Shown here one piece after another: positions 21,769 to 31,240 of a stretch of 36,554 bases of DNA (the stretch's first letter is position 1; the number at the start of each line of letters is the position of its first letter). The notes beneath the pieces are model-generated. The model had not been told where the DNA came from, did not search any database, and saw only the letters and a list, made by a program, of their open reading frames with translations. The position numbers and the translations under genes were made by a program. The DNA is from Patescibacteria group bacterium. GTDB lineage: Bacteria > Patescibacteriota > Minisyncoccia > Phycocordibacterales > UBA9973. The DNA is taken from positions 1-36,554 of the forward strand of contig JBBUHH010000064.1 in the NCBI GenBank assembly GCA_038055775.1, in the 5' to 3' direction.

Positions 21769-24135
21769 TTATTTCACCTCTCCAAGATTATCCCCTGAAC
21801 CGGAATGTACTTCAAGCGGGATGTCGGTTTTATAATGTAAAAAGGAACGGGAAAGCACATTTTGCATAGCATTTTTTATGATTTTGTCGGCTTTGTCTAG
21901 AATACTGTTTTCTATTTCGTAAACTAATTCATCGTGAATCTGCAACACGAGATGCGTTTTATTTAAAATTCCTGCCTCTTTCAAATCTTCCTCGGCATAC
22001 CTAATGGCCAACTTGATAATATCCGCCGCTGTGCCTTGCACCGGCGCATTGGTAGCGGTTCGTTCTGCCATATTTTTCAAAAATGGAATTTTTGAATTTA
22101 TATTTGGAAAATATCTCCGCCTGCCAAATAAAGTTTCGGTATAGGAATTTTTAAGCGCAAACCGTTTTACTTCTTCCATATAATCCCGCACACCTGAGAA
22201 TTGATTGAAATAATTGTCGTAAAATTTCTGCGCTTCTTCGCGCGTGCCGCCTAAATTTTTCCGCAAAGCGGAAACTCCCATGCCGTAAATAATGCCGAAA
22301 TTTATCACTTTCGCTTGCCGACGCATTTCTCTATCTACTTTATTTATTGGCACTCCGAAAACAAAAGAGGCAACTCCTGCATGAATATCTTTTTCATCGC
22401 GAAAAATCTGGGTCATTTTTTTGTCACCCGAAAGCATCGCGGCAACCCGTAGTTCGATTTGGCTGTAATCAAAAGCGCAAAGTTTGTAACCTTTTTGCGC
22501 TATAAATCCATCTCTGATTCTTTTCCCTAGTTCCGTTTTTATCGGCAAATTCTGCAAATTTGGATCCTGCGAGGAAAATCTGCCAGTAGTTGAACCATTT
22601 TGTAAAAACTTTGCGTGCAATCTGTCATCCGTGCTAGACATTTTAGGAATTACATCTATATAAGTGGAGAGCAATTTCTGTAATTCTCTATAAGCTAAAA
22701 TTTCTCTAATAATCGGATTTTCTTCTTCCAGTTCTTCTAAAACAGAAACTTTGGTGGAAAAAGTTCCGGTAGCATTAGCCTTTTTGTTTGATTTCATTCC
22801 CATCTTACCAAAAAGTATTTCCCCCATTTGCTTGGGAGAATTTATATTAAATTCTGTTCCCGCCATTTCGTATATTTTCTTTGTCAGCTTATCCAATTCT
22901 TTATGATACTCCCGCGACAGATTTTCAAAATACTTTTTGTCTATCAAAATGCCGAAGTTCTGCATTTCTTTAATGATATGCATAATGGGTTTTTCAATTT
23001 CTTCATACACATTGTTTAGTTTATTTTCTTTAAGTTGTTGAAAAACATACTCATAAGCAGCATTAAAAGAATCTTTGCCTGAAAACATTAAAATGTCCTC
23101 TAATTTGGGATTTGGAATATCTGAATTGATGAGCCAGAGAGCAATGCTAGCTTCTTGTAACTTTATCGAGTCAACAGCGCCTAAAGCGCTGGTTTCCAGC
23201 GCTTTAGGCGCTGTCTCACTATTTCCAAAAAAGTTTTTTAACCTTACAAACAAAGAACGAAATTCAAATTTCACGAACATCGCTTCTATCTTTTTCAAGT
23301 TGGCATTCTCCCAAAAAATTTTTTCGGGCAGTTTAAAATCTATCGGCGCGTCAAGCCTAATCTTGGCAAGAGTTTTAGAAAATACAGCCTCTTCTTCATT
23401 TTTTTTAATCAACTCTATTATTCTGTCGCTCAAACCCGCCTTCCTAAAGGTTATTTCATTTTTCTTTATTTTTTCATAAATTTCCTCAATCGTGCCGAAC
23501 TTAGAAATCAAAATTGTCGCGGTTTTTTCTCCGATACCTTTGATACCCTTTATGTTGTCTGAGGTGTCGCCCCGCAGACCTTTATAGTCCGGCAAAAATT
23601 CAGGCTTAAACCCGAAACGGACCATCACGGCATTTTCATCGTACAAAATAGTATCGTTAATTCCCTTTTTCAATGTGTACACTTGCACCTTTTTATCATC
23701 CACTAACTGCATCGTATCCATATCGCCGGAAGCGATGATTATTTTTAAGTTTCTATCTTTTTTATATTGCTCGCAAATAGTACCCAGCACATCATCCGCT
23801 TCAAAACCCGGGCTGTCGTATATGGGAATGTTGAAAGCTTCAAAAATTTGGCGGGAATTTTTTAATTGCATAATGAGAGCATCATCGGCTTTAGCCCGCC
23901 CTTTTTTGTATTCATCGTACGCCTCGTGTCTGAATGTTTTTCCGGGCAAATCGTAGCAAGCCACAATATAATCCGGTTTCAAGTCAGTGACTATCTTCAT
24001 AATCATACTGGATAGCCCGTACAAAGCCCCCGTAGGCTCTCCCTTGCTAGATAAAAACTCCGGTAAAGCATGATAAGCGCGGTGGATTATAGCGTGAGCA
24101 TCCAGTAAAACTAAAGTTTTGGTATCGTTAGGCAT
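21769..24135 (-). CDS. polA: DNA polymerase I (5' nuclease plus polymerase domains)
   Basis: 5'-nuclease start LVLLDAHAIIHRAYHALP. Polymerase motifs A (DYSQIELRV), B (RRQAKVINFGIIYG) and C (LQIHDELV). The ORF-track start at 24351 overlaps pilB, so ATG 24135 (MPNDTK...) is preferred. Confidence 0.9.
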   Translation of the reverse strand: MPNDTKTLVLLDAHAIIHRAYHALPEFLSSKGEPTGALYGLSSMIMKIVTDLKPDYIVACYDLPGKTFRHEAYDEYKKGRAKADDALIMQLKNSRQIFEAFNIPIYDSPGFEADDVLGTICEQYKKDRNLKIIIASGDMDTMQLVDDKKVQVYTLKKGINDTILYDENAVMVRFGFKPEFLPDYKGLRGDTSDNIKGIKGIGEKTATILISKFGTIEEIYEKIKKNEITFRKAGLSDRIIELIKKNEEEAVFSKTLAKIRLDAPIDFKLPEKIFWENANLKKIEAMFVKFEFRSLFVRLKNFFGNSETAPKALETSALGAVDSIKLQEASIALWLINSDIPNPKLEDILMFSGKDSFNAAYEYVFQQLKENKLNNVYEEIEKPIMHIIKEMQNFGILIDKKYFENLSREYHKELDKLTKKIYEMAGTEFNINSPKQMGEILFGKMGMKSNKKANATGTFSTKVSVLEELEEENPIIREILAYRELQKLLSTYIDVIPKMSSTDDRLHAKFLQNGSTTGRFSSQDPNLQNLPIKTELGKRIRDGFIAQKGYKLCAFDYSQIELRVAAMLSGDKKMTQIFRDEKDIHAGVASFVFGVPINKVDREMRRQAKVINFGIIYGMGVSALRKNLGGTREEAQKFYDNYFNQFSGVRDYMEEVKRFALKNSYTETLFGRRRYFPNINSKIPFLKNMAERTATNAPVQGTAADIIKLAIRYAEEDLKEAGILNKTHLVLQIHDELVYEIENSILDKADKIIKNAMQNVLSRSFLHYKTDIPLEVHSGSGDNLGEVK

Positions 24136-24173
24136 TATGTAAATAATACCATTTATTATACAATATACATGTA

Positions 24174-25874
24174 ATGCCAAATACTTTTGACGAAGAAAAA
24201 CAAAATAAGCGGCTGGAAGATTTGCGCAAACAGGAGGAGGAGCAATTGGTAGCAAGTTTGGCGGAATCCAAATATGGTCTTCCTTACATTGACCTCTATC
24301 GTCTAGGCATAGACAATGAAGCGCTCCGGGCAATATCGCATGAAGACGCAAAAAAAATGAAAGTTGCGCCCTTCAAACTTTTCGGAAAAAATATTTTTAT
24401 AGCTGTTCGCTCACCTTCAGATGATCTTTTTAAAACACTAAAGGATTTAATGGAAAGACATAATTTATTACCTACTTTTTATATGGCCTCTAACGCCAGT
24501 CTAAATAAGGTTTGGGATAGATATAAGGAACTTTCCATGGCGGAAAGTTCGCAAGTGGGAGGCATAGATATATCCGGAGAAGTTTTAAGGGATACGGCAA
24601 AAAAAATCGAGCATTTGCAGGACATTGAAAAATTGGTTGTGGAAGCGTTGGAAGGGAATAAAATCCACAAAATTTCCCATTTGTTGGAAATAATCCTAGC
24701 AGGCGCAATTGCCATTAAGGCTTCGGATATACATATAGAACCGGAAAAGGACAGGGGGCGGTTAAGACTGAGGTTGGATGGCGTGCTACAAGACATAAAT
24801 TTTTTCGGATTGGATATATACCGCCTGCTTAATTCGCGTATCAAACTTCTTTCCGGTATGAAATTAACTTCAACCATCGCGCAAGACGGGCGTTTTAATA
24901 TTGCGGAAGGGGCGGAAGAAATAAGTATTCGTTCCTCGCTTATTCCCGGCGCTTACGGCGAATCGATTGTCATGCGTATACTGGACCCGAAAGCCATCCA
25001 AGTGGCTATTGAAGAATTGGGCATTGAACCTTATTTATTTGAAATTGTTAAAACTGAAATTGTAAAACCTAATGGACTAATTTTAGTTACCGGACCGACG
25101 GGTTCCGGAAAAACTACCACTCTTTACGCATTTTTGCGAAAAATATATTCAACCGAAATAAATGTAATAACCATTGAGGACCCAGTTGAATATCACTTAG
25201 TTGGCATCACTCAAACACAGATCAATATTGAAAGAGGATATACTTTCCCGGAAGGATTGCGTTCCGCGCTTCGGCAAGACCCGGATGTAATCATGGTCGG
25301 GGAAATCCGCGACGGAGATACGGCAGAAATTTCCGTACAGTCGTCTTTAACGGGCCACATGGTCTTTTCAACCCTACATACCAATAACGCCGCGGGAGTC
25401 ATTCCTCGTCTGATTGACCTTGGAGTCAATCCGAAGATTTTAGTTTCAGCTCTTTCTCTTTCGCTGGCCCAGCGACTGGTCCGCCGGCTCTGCCAATTCT
25501 GTCGAAAAGAATCCGAAGCGACTACCGAAGAGGCAAAGACTGTCCAGTTGGTTCTTGACAGCATCAAACAGGAAGGAAAAAATTTCATGAATTACAACAT
25601 CAAAGCCGAGCCTCCTTTCAAAATTTTCTCTCCGGTCGGATGCGAAAAATGCAATAAAATCGGCTATAAGGGACGAATCGGCATCTTCGAAGCGATTAAA
25701 ACCGACGAAGCGATAGAAAAAATAATTCCGGAAAACCCAAGCGAACACGAAATCAAAAAAGTGGCGCATAACCAGGGCATCCTCTCCATGCGCCAGGATG
25801 GCATTGTTAAAATCCTAAACGGCATCACCTCCATAGAAGAAGTCCAAAGCGTGGTGGATTTGAAGGAGGAGTAA
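24174..25874 (+). CDS. type II secretion / type IV pilus assembly ATPase (GspE/PilB family)
   Basis: N-terminal GspE_N-like region, Walker A GPTGSGKTTT, Asp box, Walker B DVIMVGEIRD, His box GHMVFSTLHTN, and a tetracysteine motif (CQFC...CEKC). Confidence 0.85.
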   Translation: MPNTFDEEKQNKRLEDLRKQEEEQLVASLAESKYGLPYIDLYRLGIDNEALRAISHEDAKKMKVAPFKLFGKNIFIAVRSPSDDLFKTLKDLMERHNLLPTFYMASNASLNKVWDRYKELSMAESSQVGGIDISGEVLRDTAKKIEHLQDIEKLVVEALEGNKIHKISHLLEIILAGAIAIKASDIHIEPEKDRGRLRLRLDGVLQDINFFGLDIYRLLNSRIKLLSGMKLTSTIAQDGRFNIAEGAEEISIRSSLIPGAYGESIVMRILDPKAIQVAIEELGIEPYLFEIVKTEIVKPNGLILVTGPTGSGKTTTLYAFLRKIYSTEINVITIEDPVEYHLVGITQTQINIERGYTFPEGLRSALRQDPDVIMVGEIRDGDTAEISVQSSLTGHMVFSTLHTNNAAGVIPRLIDLGVNPKILVSALSLSLAQRLVRRLCQFCRKESEATTEEAKTVQLVLDSIKQEGKNFMNYNIKAEPPFKIFSPVGCEKCNKIGYKGRIGIFEAIKTDEAIEKIIPENPSEHEIKKVAHNQGILSMRQDGIVKILNGITSIEEVQSVVDLKEE

Positions 25875-25895
25875 AAATTATGAGAGAGTGGTAAG

Positions 25896-25909
25896 GCAAG
25901 ATCTCACAA
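25896..25909. repeat. left arm of a 14-bp perfect inverted repeat bracketing the 81-aa gene
   Basis: GCAAGATCTCACAA is the reverse complement of 26226-26239. Confidence 0.7.
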
Positions 25910-25933
25910 TCCTACAATACCTCTTATTTCTTT

Positions 25934-26179
25934 TCACTTAATCTCAAGGAGAAGTTTGTAGAGTTTTTCTTTTTCTTCATTGTAGATTTTTAAATCCTCT
26001 TCTTGCCATCCAATTCTTTTTGCTAAAACCACTATATTATCCATAACTCCTAGACAATTTATTAATGCATGAATATTCGCACCGGTAGATTTGGTATCTA
26101 TGATTACGCGAAGTTGGTCAACATCTTCTTCGGTTGGGCACACTAAACGAGATGGAGTATTTTCCGCAGACTCATTCAT
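25934..26179 (-). CDS. hypothetical 81-aa protein
   Basis: ORF with a plausible promoter on the minus strand (TTGCAT, 17 nt, TAGTAT). AT-rich. No family recognised. Confidence 0.4.
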   Translation of the reverse strand: MNESAENTPSRLVCPTEEDVDQLRVIIDTKSTGANIHALINCLGVMDNIVVLAKRIGWQEEDLKIYNEEKEKLYKLLLEIK

Positions 26180-26210
26180 AGATAGATACTATCACTAATT
26201 GGGTTACAAT

Positions 26211-26254
26211 GCAAAAATTGTGAGGTTGTGAGATCTTGCTTCACAATTTTTTTG
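26211..26254. repeat. 13-bp-stem hairpin whose loop carries the right arm of the 14-bp inverted repeat
   Basis: GCAAAAATTGTGA ... TCACAATTTTTTGC. The loop contains TTGTGAGATCTTGC (26226-26239). Confidence 0.6.
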
Positions 26255-26256
26255 CA

Positions 26257-26297
26257 AAATTTAGCATTAGTACGCCATGACATACTATTGCTAAATT
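26257..26297. repeat. TTTAGCATTAG...TTATTGCTA structured repeat, copy B (likely dapF terminator)
   Basis: AAATTTAGCATTAGTACGCCATGACATACTATTGCTAAATT. Stem ATTTAGCA/TGCTAAAT plus TAGTA/TACTA. On the minus strand it follows the dapF stop and is followed by TTTT. Confidence 0.7.
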
Positions 26298-26312
26298 GGT
26301 GCCTTAATTCAA

Positions 26313-27131
26313 TTATTTATTGTCTATTTCTCCTTTAAAAACAAACTCTGCGGGACCGCGGAGAATAATTTCGCCTTTTTTATTTTGTGACAGATAAAGT
26401 TTTCCGCCGGGAAATTCTAAAGCTACCTCTGTCTGTACAAGGTCTTGCCTTGTATTTTTCAGGACCGCATATACGGCGCAAGCGCCGGAGCCGCAGGATA
26501 AGGTGGCGCCCACACCGCGCTCCCAAACTTTTACTTTGAAATAATCGTCCCGCACTTTTTCTACTAGCTCTACATTTATTTTATTAGGAAAATGAGAATT
26601 GTTTTCTATTTTTGGACCAAGTTGAGAAATATCAATATTGGAGATATTTTTTACAAAACCAACCGCATGTGGGTTGCCCATTGAGACAAAATTAAATTCG
26701 ATATTTTCTAAAACAAGAGAATTTTTCGGAAAGTCCAAAATGCCTTCGCGGGAAAATACGGGCGCACCCATATTTACAGAAAAACTTTCGTCAGAATTGC
26801 ATAGAACTTTTTTTATTCCGGCTCTTGTATCAATTAATAATTCTTTTTTCTGAGTTTCTTTGGATTTCGTTAATTCTAGAAAAAATTTCGCCGTACATCG
26901 CGCTCCGTTTCCGCACATTTCAGCAACTGTACCATCGGCATTGTAATAATTCATAAAGCAATCCGCCTCATCCGACTTTTCAACTAAAATCAGCCCGTCC
27001 GCGCCCACGCCAAAATGCCGGTCGCACAAAAGTTTTATTTTTTCCGTATTGTTCACATCAAAACTTTCATCACGATTATCCATCAGGATGAAATCATTTC
27101 CCGTGCCATGGTATTTATGAAATGTAATCAT
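26313..27131 (-). CDS. dapF: diaminopimelate epimerase
   Basis: FHKYHGTGNDFILMD start and two catalytic Cys motifs (CGNGARC, SCGSGACA). Confidence 0.9.
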   Translation of the reverse strand: MITFHKYHGTGNDFILMDNRDESFDVNNTEKIKLLCDRHFGVGADGLILVEKSDEADCFMNYYNADGTVAEMCGNGARCTAKFFLELTKSKETQKKELLIDTRAGIKKVLCNSDESFSVNMGAPVFSREGILDFPKNSLVLENIEFNFVSMGNPHAVGFVKNISNIDISQLGPKIENNSHFPNKINVELVEKVRDDYFKVKVWERGVGATLSCGSGACAVYAVLKNTRQDLVQTEVALEFPGGKLYLSQNKKGEIILRGPAEFVFKGEIDNK

Positions 27132-27132
27132 G

Positions 27133-28176
27133 CTATTTAATATACCCTCTTTTGACTAATAATTCAGCGGTTAAAATAGCACCCCCTGCCGCCCCACGGA
27201 TGGTATTGTGGGAAAGGGCGACACATTTCCAATCAAAGACAGAATCTTCTCTAATCCGGCCAACACTTATTCCCATTCCCCTTTGCAAATCTCTATCAAG
27301 TTTTGTTTGCGGTCTATTTTCTTCCTCAAAATATGTTAAAAACGGCTTTGGGGCAGAAGGTAGATTTAATTCACCTAAAGGATTTTTAAAATTTTTCAAA
27401 GCTTCAATCAGTTTCTCTTTTGAAACTTTTTTGCCGAATTTTATATTGATTGCCGCCATATGACCATCGGAAACGGGAACCCGTATGCAGTTTGCGGAAA
27501 TTTTTAACCCATTTTTTAGAACAAATTTGCCATTTTTAATTTTTCCTAAAATTTTAGATGGTTCTTTTTCTGATTTTTCTTCTTCCCCGCCGATAAAAGG
27601 GATAATGTTGTCCGCTATCTCCGACCAAGTTTCAAAAGTTTTCCCCGCGCCGGAAATTGCCTGATAGGTTGAGACAATTACTTCTTTTGGCAAAAAATCT
27701 TTCCAAACATACAGCAATGGAATATAAGACTGGAGAGAGCAATTTGGCTTTACGACAATAAATCCGGAGGTCCAGCCACGATTTTTCTGCTGTATGGGAA
27801 TAATATCGAGATGTTCAGAATTTATTTCTGGAATAATCATTGGTATATCTGCTGTCCACCTATGCGCCGAATTATTAGAGACTACGAACACCCCTTTTCC
27901 TGCATAATTTTCCTCAATTTTTTTTATAAACTCTTTATCAGCATCTGTGGCAGAAAAAACTAGACGGCATTTTTGAGAAATAATATTTATGTCATCTTCC
28001 ACAGAATATATGGTAAACGAACCCATTTTTTTTCCTGCTGATTTTCTAGAAGCCGCGACAACAGTTACCTCAAACCAGGGATGGTTTTTTAGTAAAGAAA
28101 TAAATTTTTGCCCGACCATGCCGGTCGCCCCTAAGATTCCTACGGGGATTTTTTTACTTACTTTTTGCTGTGTCAT
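27133..28176 (-). CDS. asd: aspartate-semialdehyde dehydrogenase
   Basis: Rossmann motif GILGATGMVGQ, active-site KPNCS, and C-terminal NTIRGAAGGAIL. Confidence 0.9.
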   Translation of the reverse strand: MTQQKVSKKIPVGILGATGMVGQKFISLLKNHPWFEVTVVAASRKSAGKKMGSFTIYSVEDDINIISQKCRLVFSATDADKEFIKKIEENYAGKGVFVVSNNSAHRWTADIPMIIPEINSEHLDIIPIQQKNRGWTSGFIVVKPNCSLQSYIPLLYVWKDFLPKEVIVSTYQAISGAGKTFETWSEIADNIIPFIGGEEEKSEKEPSKILGKIKNGKFVLKNGLKISANCIRVPVSDGHMAAINIKFGKKVSKEKLIEALKNFKNPLGELNLPSAPKPFLTYFEEENRPQTKLDRDLQRGMGISVGRIREDSVFDWKCVALSHNTIRGAAGGAILTAELLVKRGYIK

Positions 28177-29101
28177 TGCTTATTTTAGTTCCGCTCCCTT
28201 TTGGATTAAAAGTGTTTTTGATATAAATAGGAATACCTTTGAGTACTGCCGGTTTTATAGTCTTCGGGTGAATAACTTTGGCGCCTGAATATGCCATTTC
28301 TTCCGCTTGCGAATAAGATATTTCCGGAATGAGGAGCGCGTCTTTCATTTTCTTTGGGTCTGCGGTCATCAAACCATCGACATCCGTCCAAATTTCGATA
28401 ATAGACGCATCCAGAGCCGCGCCGACTAAAGCCGCGGTATAATCAGATCCACCGCGAGAAAGAGTGGTCGTCTCCCCCGCTTCCGTGGAAGCGATAAATC
28501 CGCCCATCACAGAAAATATATTTTTGTTTTTTAAAAAATTAGAAATAAGTTTATATGAAGTTGCCAAATCCACATTGGCGCCACCGAAATTATTGTCCGT
28601 TTTAATTAGAGCGCGGGCATCTACAAATTCGCACGAAACATCTTGATTTTTTATCGCTTCGCTTATTATGTAAGCCGATAATTGTTCCCCAGAACTCATC
28701 ACAGCATCAAGTGAGACGAGAGAAAGTTCTTTAGCTGTAAAGATATTTTTTATCAATTCCCCCAATTCGCTATATTTTTTGTTAATTTCGAGCAATACTT
28801 TTTCTAAATTTTCAGGCTTGATTAATTCTTTGACAACTTTATCGTGTCTTTCGCAAATACTGCTAAAAATTATTTTATATTTTGAGTCTCCCTTCGAGGC
28901 AAGAGTCGCTAATTTGATAAGTTCGTCAGTAATGCCTCCAAGAGCAGACACCACGACGACAGTATTTGGCTCATTTGCTAAAACAATATCAATAACCCTA
29001 TTAATGTTTTTTGCGTCTGCTACGGAAGTTCCGCCAAATTTTAGGACTTTCGTGGTTCGATTATCCTCACCATGACCCTGAACTTTTATAGAATGGGTCA
29101 T
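28154..29101 (-). CDS. lysC: aspartate kinase, catalytic (amino-acid kinase) domain only, no ACT domains
   Basis: Motifs KFGGTSV, VVVSALGGITD, RGGSDYTAALVGAAL, EIWTDVDGLMTADP and GAKVIHPKT. The ORF stops at 315 aa right after IYIKNTFNPKGSGTKI, where ACT domains normally begin. ATGA overlap with the dapL stop. Confidence 0.85.
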   Translation of the reverse strand: MTHSIKVQGHGEDNRTTKVLKFGGTSVADAKNINRVIDIVLANEPNTVVVVSALGGITDELIKLATLASKGDSKYKIIFSSICERHDKVVKELIKPENLEKVLLEINKKYSELGELIKNIFTAKELSLVSLDAVMSSGEQLSAYIISEAIKNQDVSCEFVDARALIKTDNNFGGANVDLATSYKLISNFLKNKNIFSVMGGFIASTEAGETTTLSRGGSDYTAALVGAALDASIIEIWTDVDGLMTADPKKMKDALLIPEISYSQAEEMAYSGAKVIHPKTIKPAVLKGIPIYIKNTFNPKGSGTKISNDTAKSK

Positions 29102-30321
29102 ATTTTTAAATTCTTTTTAATGCTTTCCATCGCTTTTTTTACATCGCGTTTATCAGCAAATGTGCTCAAGCGAACATAGCCTTCCCCTTCCCTGCCAAAC
29201 AAAGAACCCGGAGTGACGACGACATGCGCTTCTTTCAATAATTTGTCGAAAAATTTCCAGGAAGTTAAATTTTTCGGGGCTTTGAGCCAAATATACGGAG
29301 CGTTCTCTCCGCCAAAAACTTTGAAACCGAGCGCGGCGAGGCTTTGTTTTATTTTTTTCGCGTTGTCCATGTAATAAGCAATCAATTTTTTGCTTTCTTT
29401 GAACCCGGACTCGGATAAAACAGCCAATCCACCCTCGGTGGAAATGTTTGAAGCGCCGTTGAACATCGTGCTTTGTCGTCTATTCCAAAGATTGTTCAAT
29501 TTTCCTTCTGGAGCATCTTCAACAACCAAATCCATCGGCACCACCGTCCAGCCGAGGCGAACGCCGGTAAATCCCGACCACTTGGAAAAACTATTTATCT
29601 CAATCGCGCATTTTTTCGCCCCCTCTATTTCATAAATGCTTTTTGGTAAGGACTTATCAGAAATATATTGCACATAACAGGCATCGAAAATGATGACTGA
29701 TTTGTTTTTTAATGCATAATCCACAAAGGCTTTTAGCTGTTTGTGGGTAGCAACCGAGCCGGTTGGATTATTCGGGCTGCAAATGTAAATCAAGTCCGCT
29801 TTTGATTTCGGCAGAGCCGGCACAAATCCGTTTTCTTCGTTGCAAGACATATATACTATGCCTTCGTACTTGCCATTTTTAAATTCACCCGTCCGTCCGG
29901 CAATTACATTGCTGTCTAAATATACCGGATAAACTGGATCTGCTATTGCTACGATGCTGTCTAATCCAAAAATAGACGCGATGTTCCCGGAATCTGATTT
30001 TGCTCCGTCGCTAATGAAAATTTCTTCCAAAGCAAGATCAATTTTTCTTTTTTTATAAAACTCCGCGAGCGCAGTTCTCAATCTAATGTCTCCTTGCGGG
30101 TGTCCGTAGCCGGTATATGTTTTTATTGAGCCAAGTTTTTTGACTTTTTCTTTTAATCCTTTAATGACAGTCGGGGTCAAGGGTTGCGTTGTGTCGCCAA
30201 TACCCAGCCGAAAAATTTCCATTCCCGGATTTTTCTCCACGAAGTCTTTCATTCGCTTTGCGACTTCGCCAAACATATACGCGCCCTGTAATTTGTCATA
30301 ATTTTTGTTGACAGTAGCCAT
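29098..30321 (-). CDS. dapL: LL-diaminopimelate aminotransferase (DapL-type, PLP-dependent)
   Basis: 407 aa. N-terminal NKNYDKLQGAYMFGEV and the PLP-lysine region SFSKWSGFTGVRLGWTVVP are characteristic of DapL. It sits between dapA and lysC. Confidence 0.8.
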   Translation of the reverse strand: MATVNKNYDKLQGAYMFGEVAKRMKDFVEKNPGMEIFRLGIGDTTQPLTPTVIKGLKEKVKKLGSIKTYTGYGHPQGDIRLRTALAEFYKKRKIDLALEEIFISDGAKSDSGNIASIFGLDSIVAIADPVYPVYLDSNVIAGRTGEFKNGKYEGIVYMSCNEENGFVPALPKSKADLIYICSPNNPTGSVATHKQLKAFVDYALKNKSVIIFDACYVQYISDKSLPKSIYEIEGAKKCAIEINSFSKWSGFTGVRLGWTVVPMDLVVEDAPEGKLNNLWNRRQSTMFNGASNISTEGGLAVLSESGFKESKKLIAYYMDNAKKIKQSLAALGFKVFGGENAPYIWLKAPKNLTSWKFFDKLLKEAHVVVTPGSLFGREGEGYVRLSTFADKRDVKKAMESIKKNLKI

Positions 30322-30328
30322 TTATTTT

Positions 30329-31231
30329 TTAAACTAGTTTTAAATTTTTTAAAGCATTCTCTACTAAAATCCTATTTTTTTCTTCTATATTGGTTAAGGG
30401 TAGACGCAAATTTTCTTCTATCAGCCCCATTTTTGCTAGAGCAGTTTTGACGGGAATCGGATTGGACTCTACGAAGTTGATATTCATCAAATTAAGTAAT
30501 TCATAGTGAACCTTTTTTGCTTTTTCCATATCTCTAGCTAAAGCAAAGTGAATCATGTCGGAAAATAATTTTGGGACTTCATTGCAAACAACAGAAATAC
30601 AGCCTTTTCCACCAACGGCAATCAAAGGCAAAGCTATGGCATCATCGCCAGCCAAAACGACAAAATCTTTCGGTCCATTCTTCGCGACTTCATTTATGAT
30701 TTCCATCATTTGGTTGATGGAACCGGAAGCTTCTTTGACCGCGACGACCGAAGGAACTTCCCGGGCAATCCGCACGATAGTTGCGGGCGACACATTGGAA
30801 CCCGTGCGACCGGGAACATTATAAATAATGATTGGCAGATCCGTTGCTTTTGCAATTTCTTTAAAGTGAAGCACGAGGCCATTTGGAGTAGGCTTGTTGT
30901 AATATGGAGTGACATGCAGAAGTCCGTCTGCTCCGGCGGATTTTGCCAGTTTGGAAAGATGTACTGCTTTCTTTGTATCATTTGAACCCGCGCCCGCAAC
31001 TACCGGAATTCTTCCGGAAACTTTTTTAACAACTGTTTTTATAACAGCCACATATTCTTCTTCATTTAAAGTTGCCGCTTCGCCGGTAGAGCCGGCTACT
31101 ACTATGCCGTCTACCCCGCCCTCTAGTTGGTACGCGACTAATTTTTCTAAAACTGGTAAGTCTAAATCGCAATTTTTCTTAAATGGGGTGACAATTGCCG
31201 GAATTGAGCCAAAAAATTTTATGTGCTTCAT
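30329..31231 (-). CDS. dapA: 4-hydroxy-tetrahydrodipicolinate synthase
   Basis: Motifs GSIPAIVTPF, VAGSTGE, YNVPGRTG and VAVKEASG (catalytic Lys). Confidence 0.9.
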   Translation of the reverse strand: MKHIKFFGSIPAIVTPFKKNCDLDLPVLEKLVAYQLEGGVDGIVVAGSTGEAATLNEEEYVAVIKTVVKKVSGRIPVVAGAGSNDTKKAVHLSKLAKSAGADGLLHVTPYYNKPTPNGLVLHFKEIAKATDLPIIIYNVPGRTGSNVSPATIVRIAREVPSVVAVKEASGSINQMMEIINEVAKNGPKDFVVLAGDDAIALPLIAVGGKGCISVVCNEVPKLFSDMIHFALARDMEKAKKVHYELLNLMNINFVESNPIPVKTALAKMGLIEENLRLPLTNIEEKNRILVENALKNLKLV

Positions 31232-31240
31232 ATTTTTATT

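Noticed and set aside
24136-24351. N-terminal 72-aa extension of the polA ORF, overlapping pilB
   Set aside because: The extension has no similarity to the 5'-nuclease domain and overlaps the pilB coding region on the other strand. The conserved polA sequence starts at MPNDTKTLVLLDAHAI (ATG 24135), which has a -10 element upstream.
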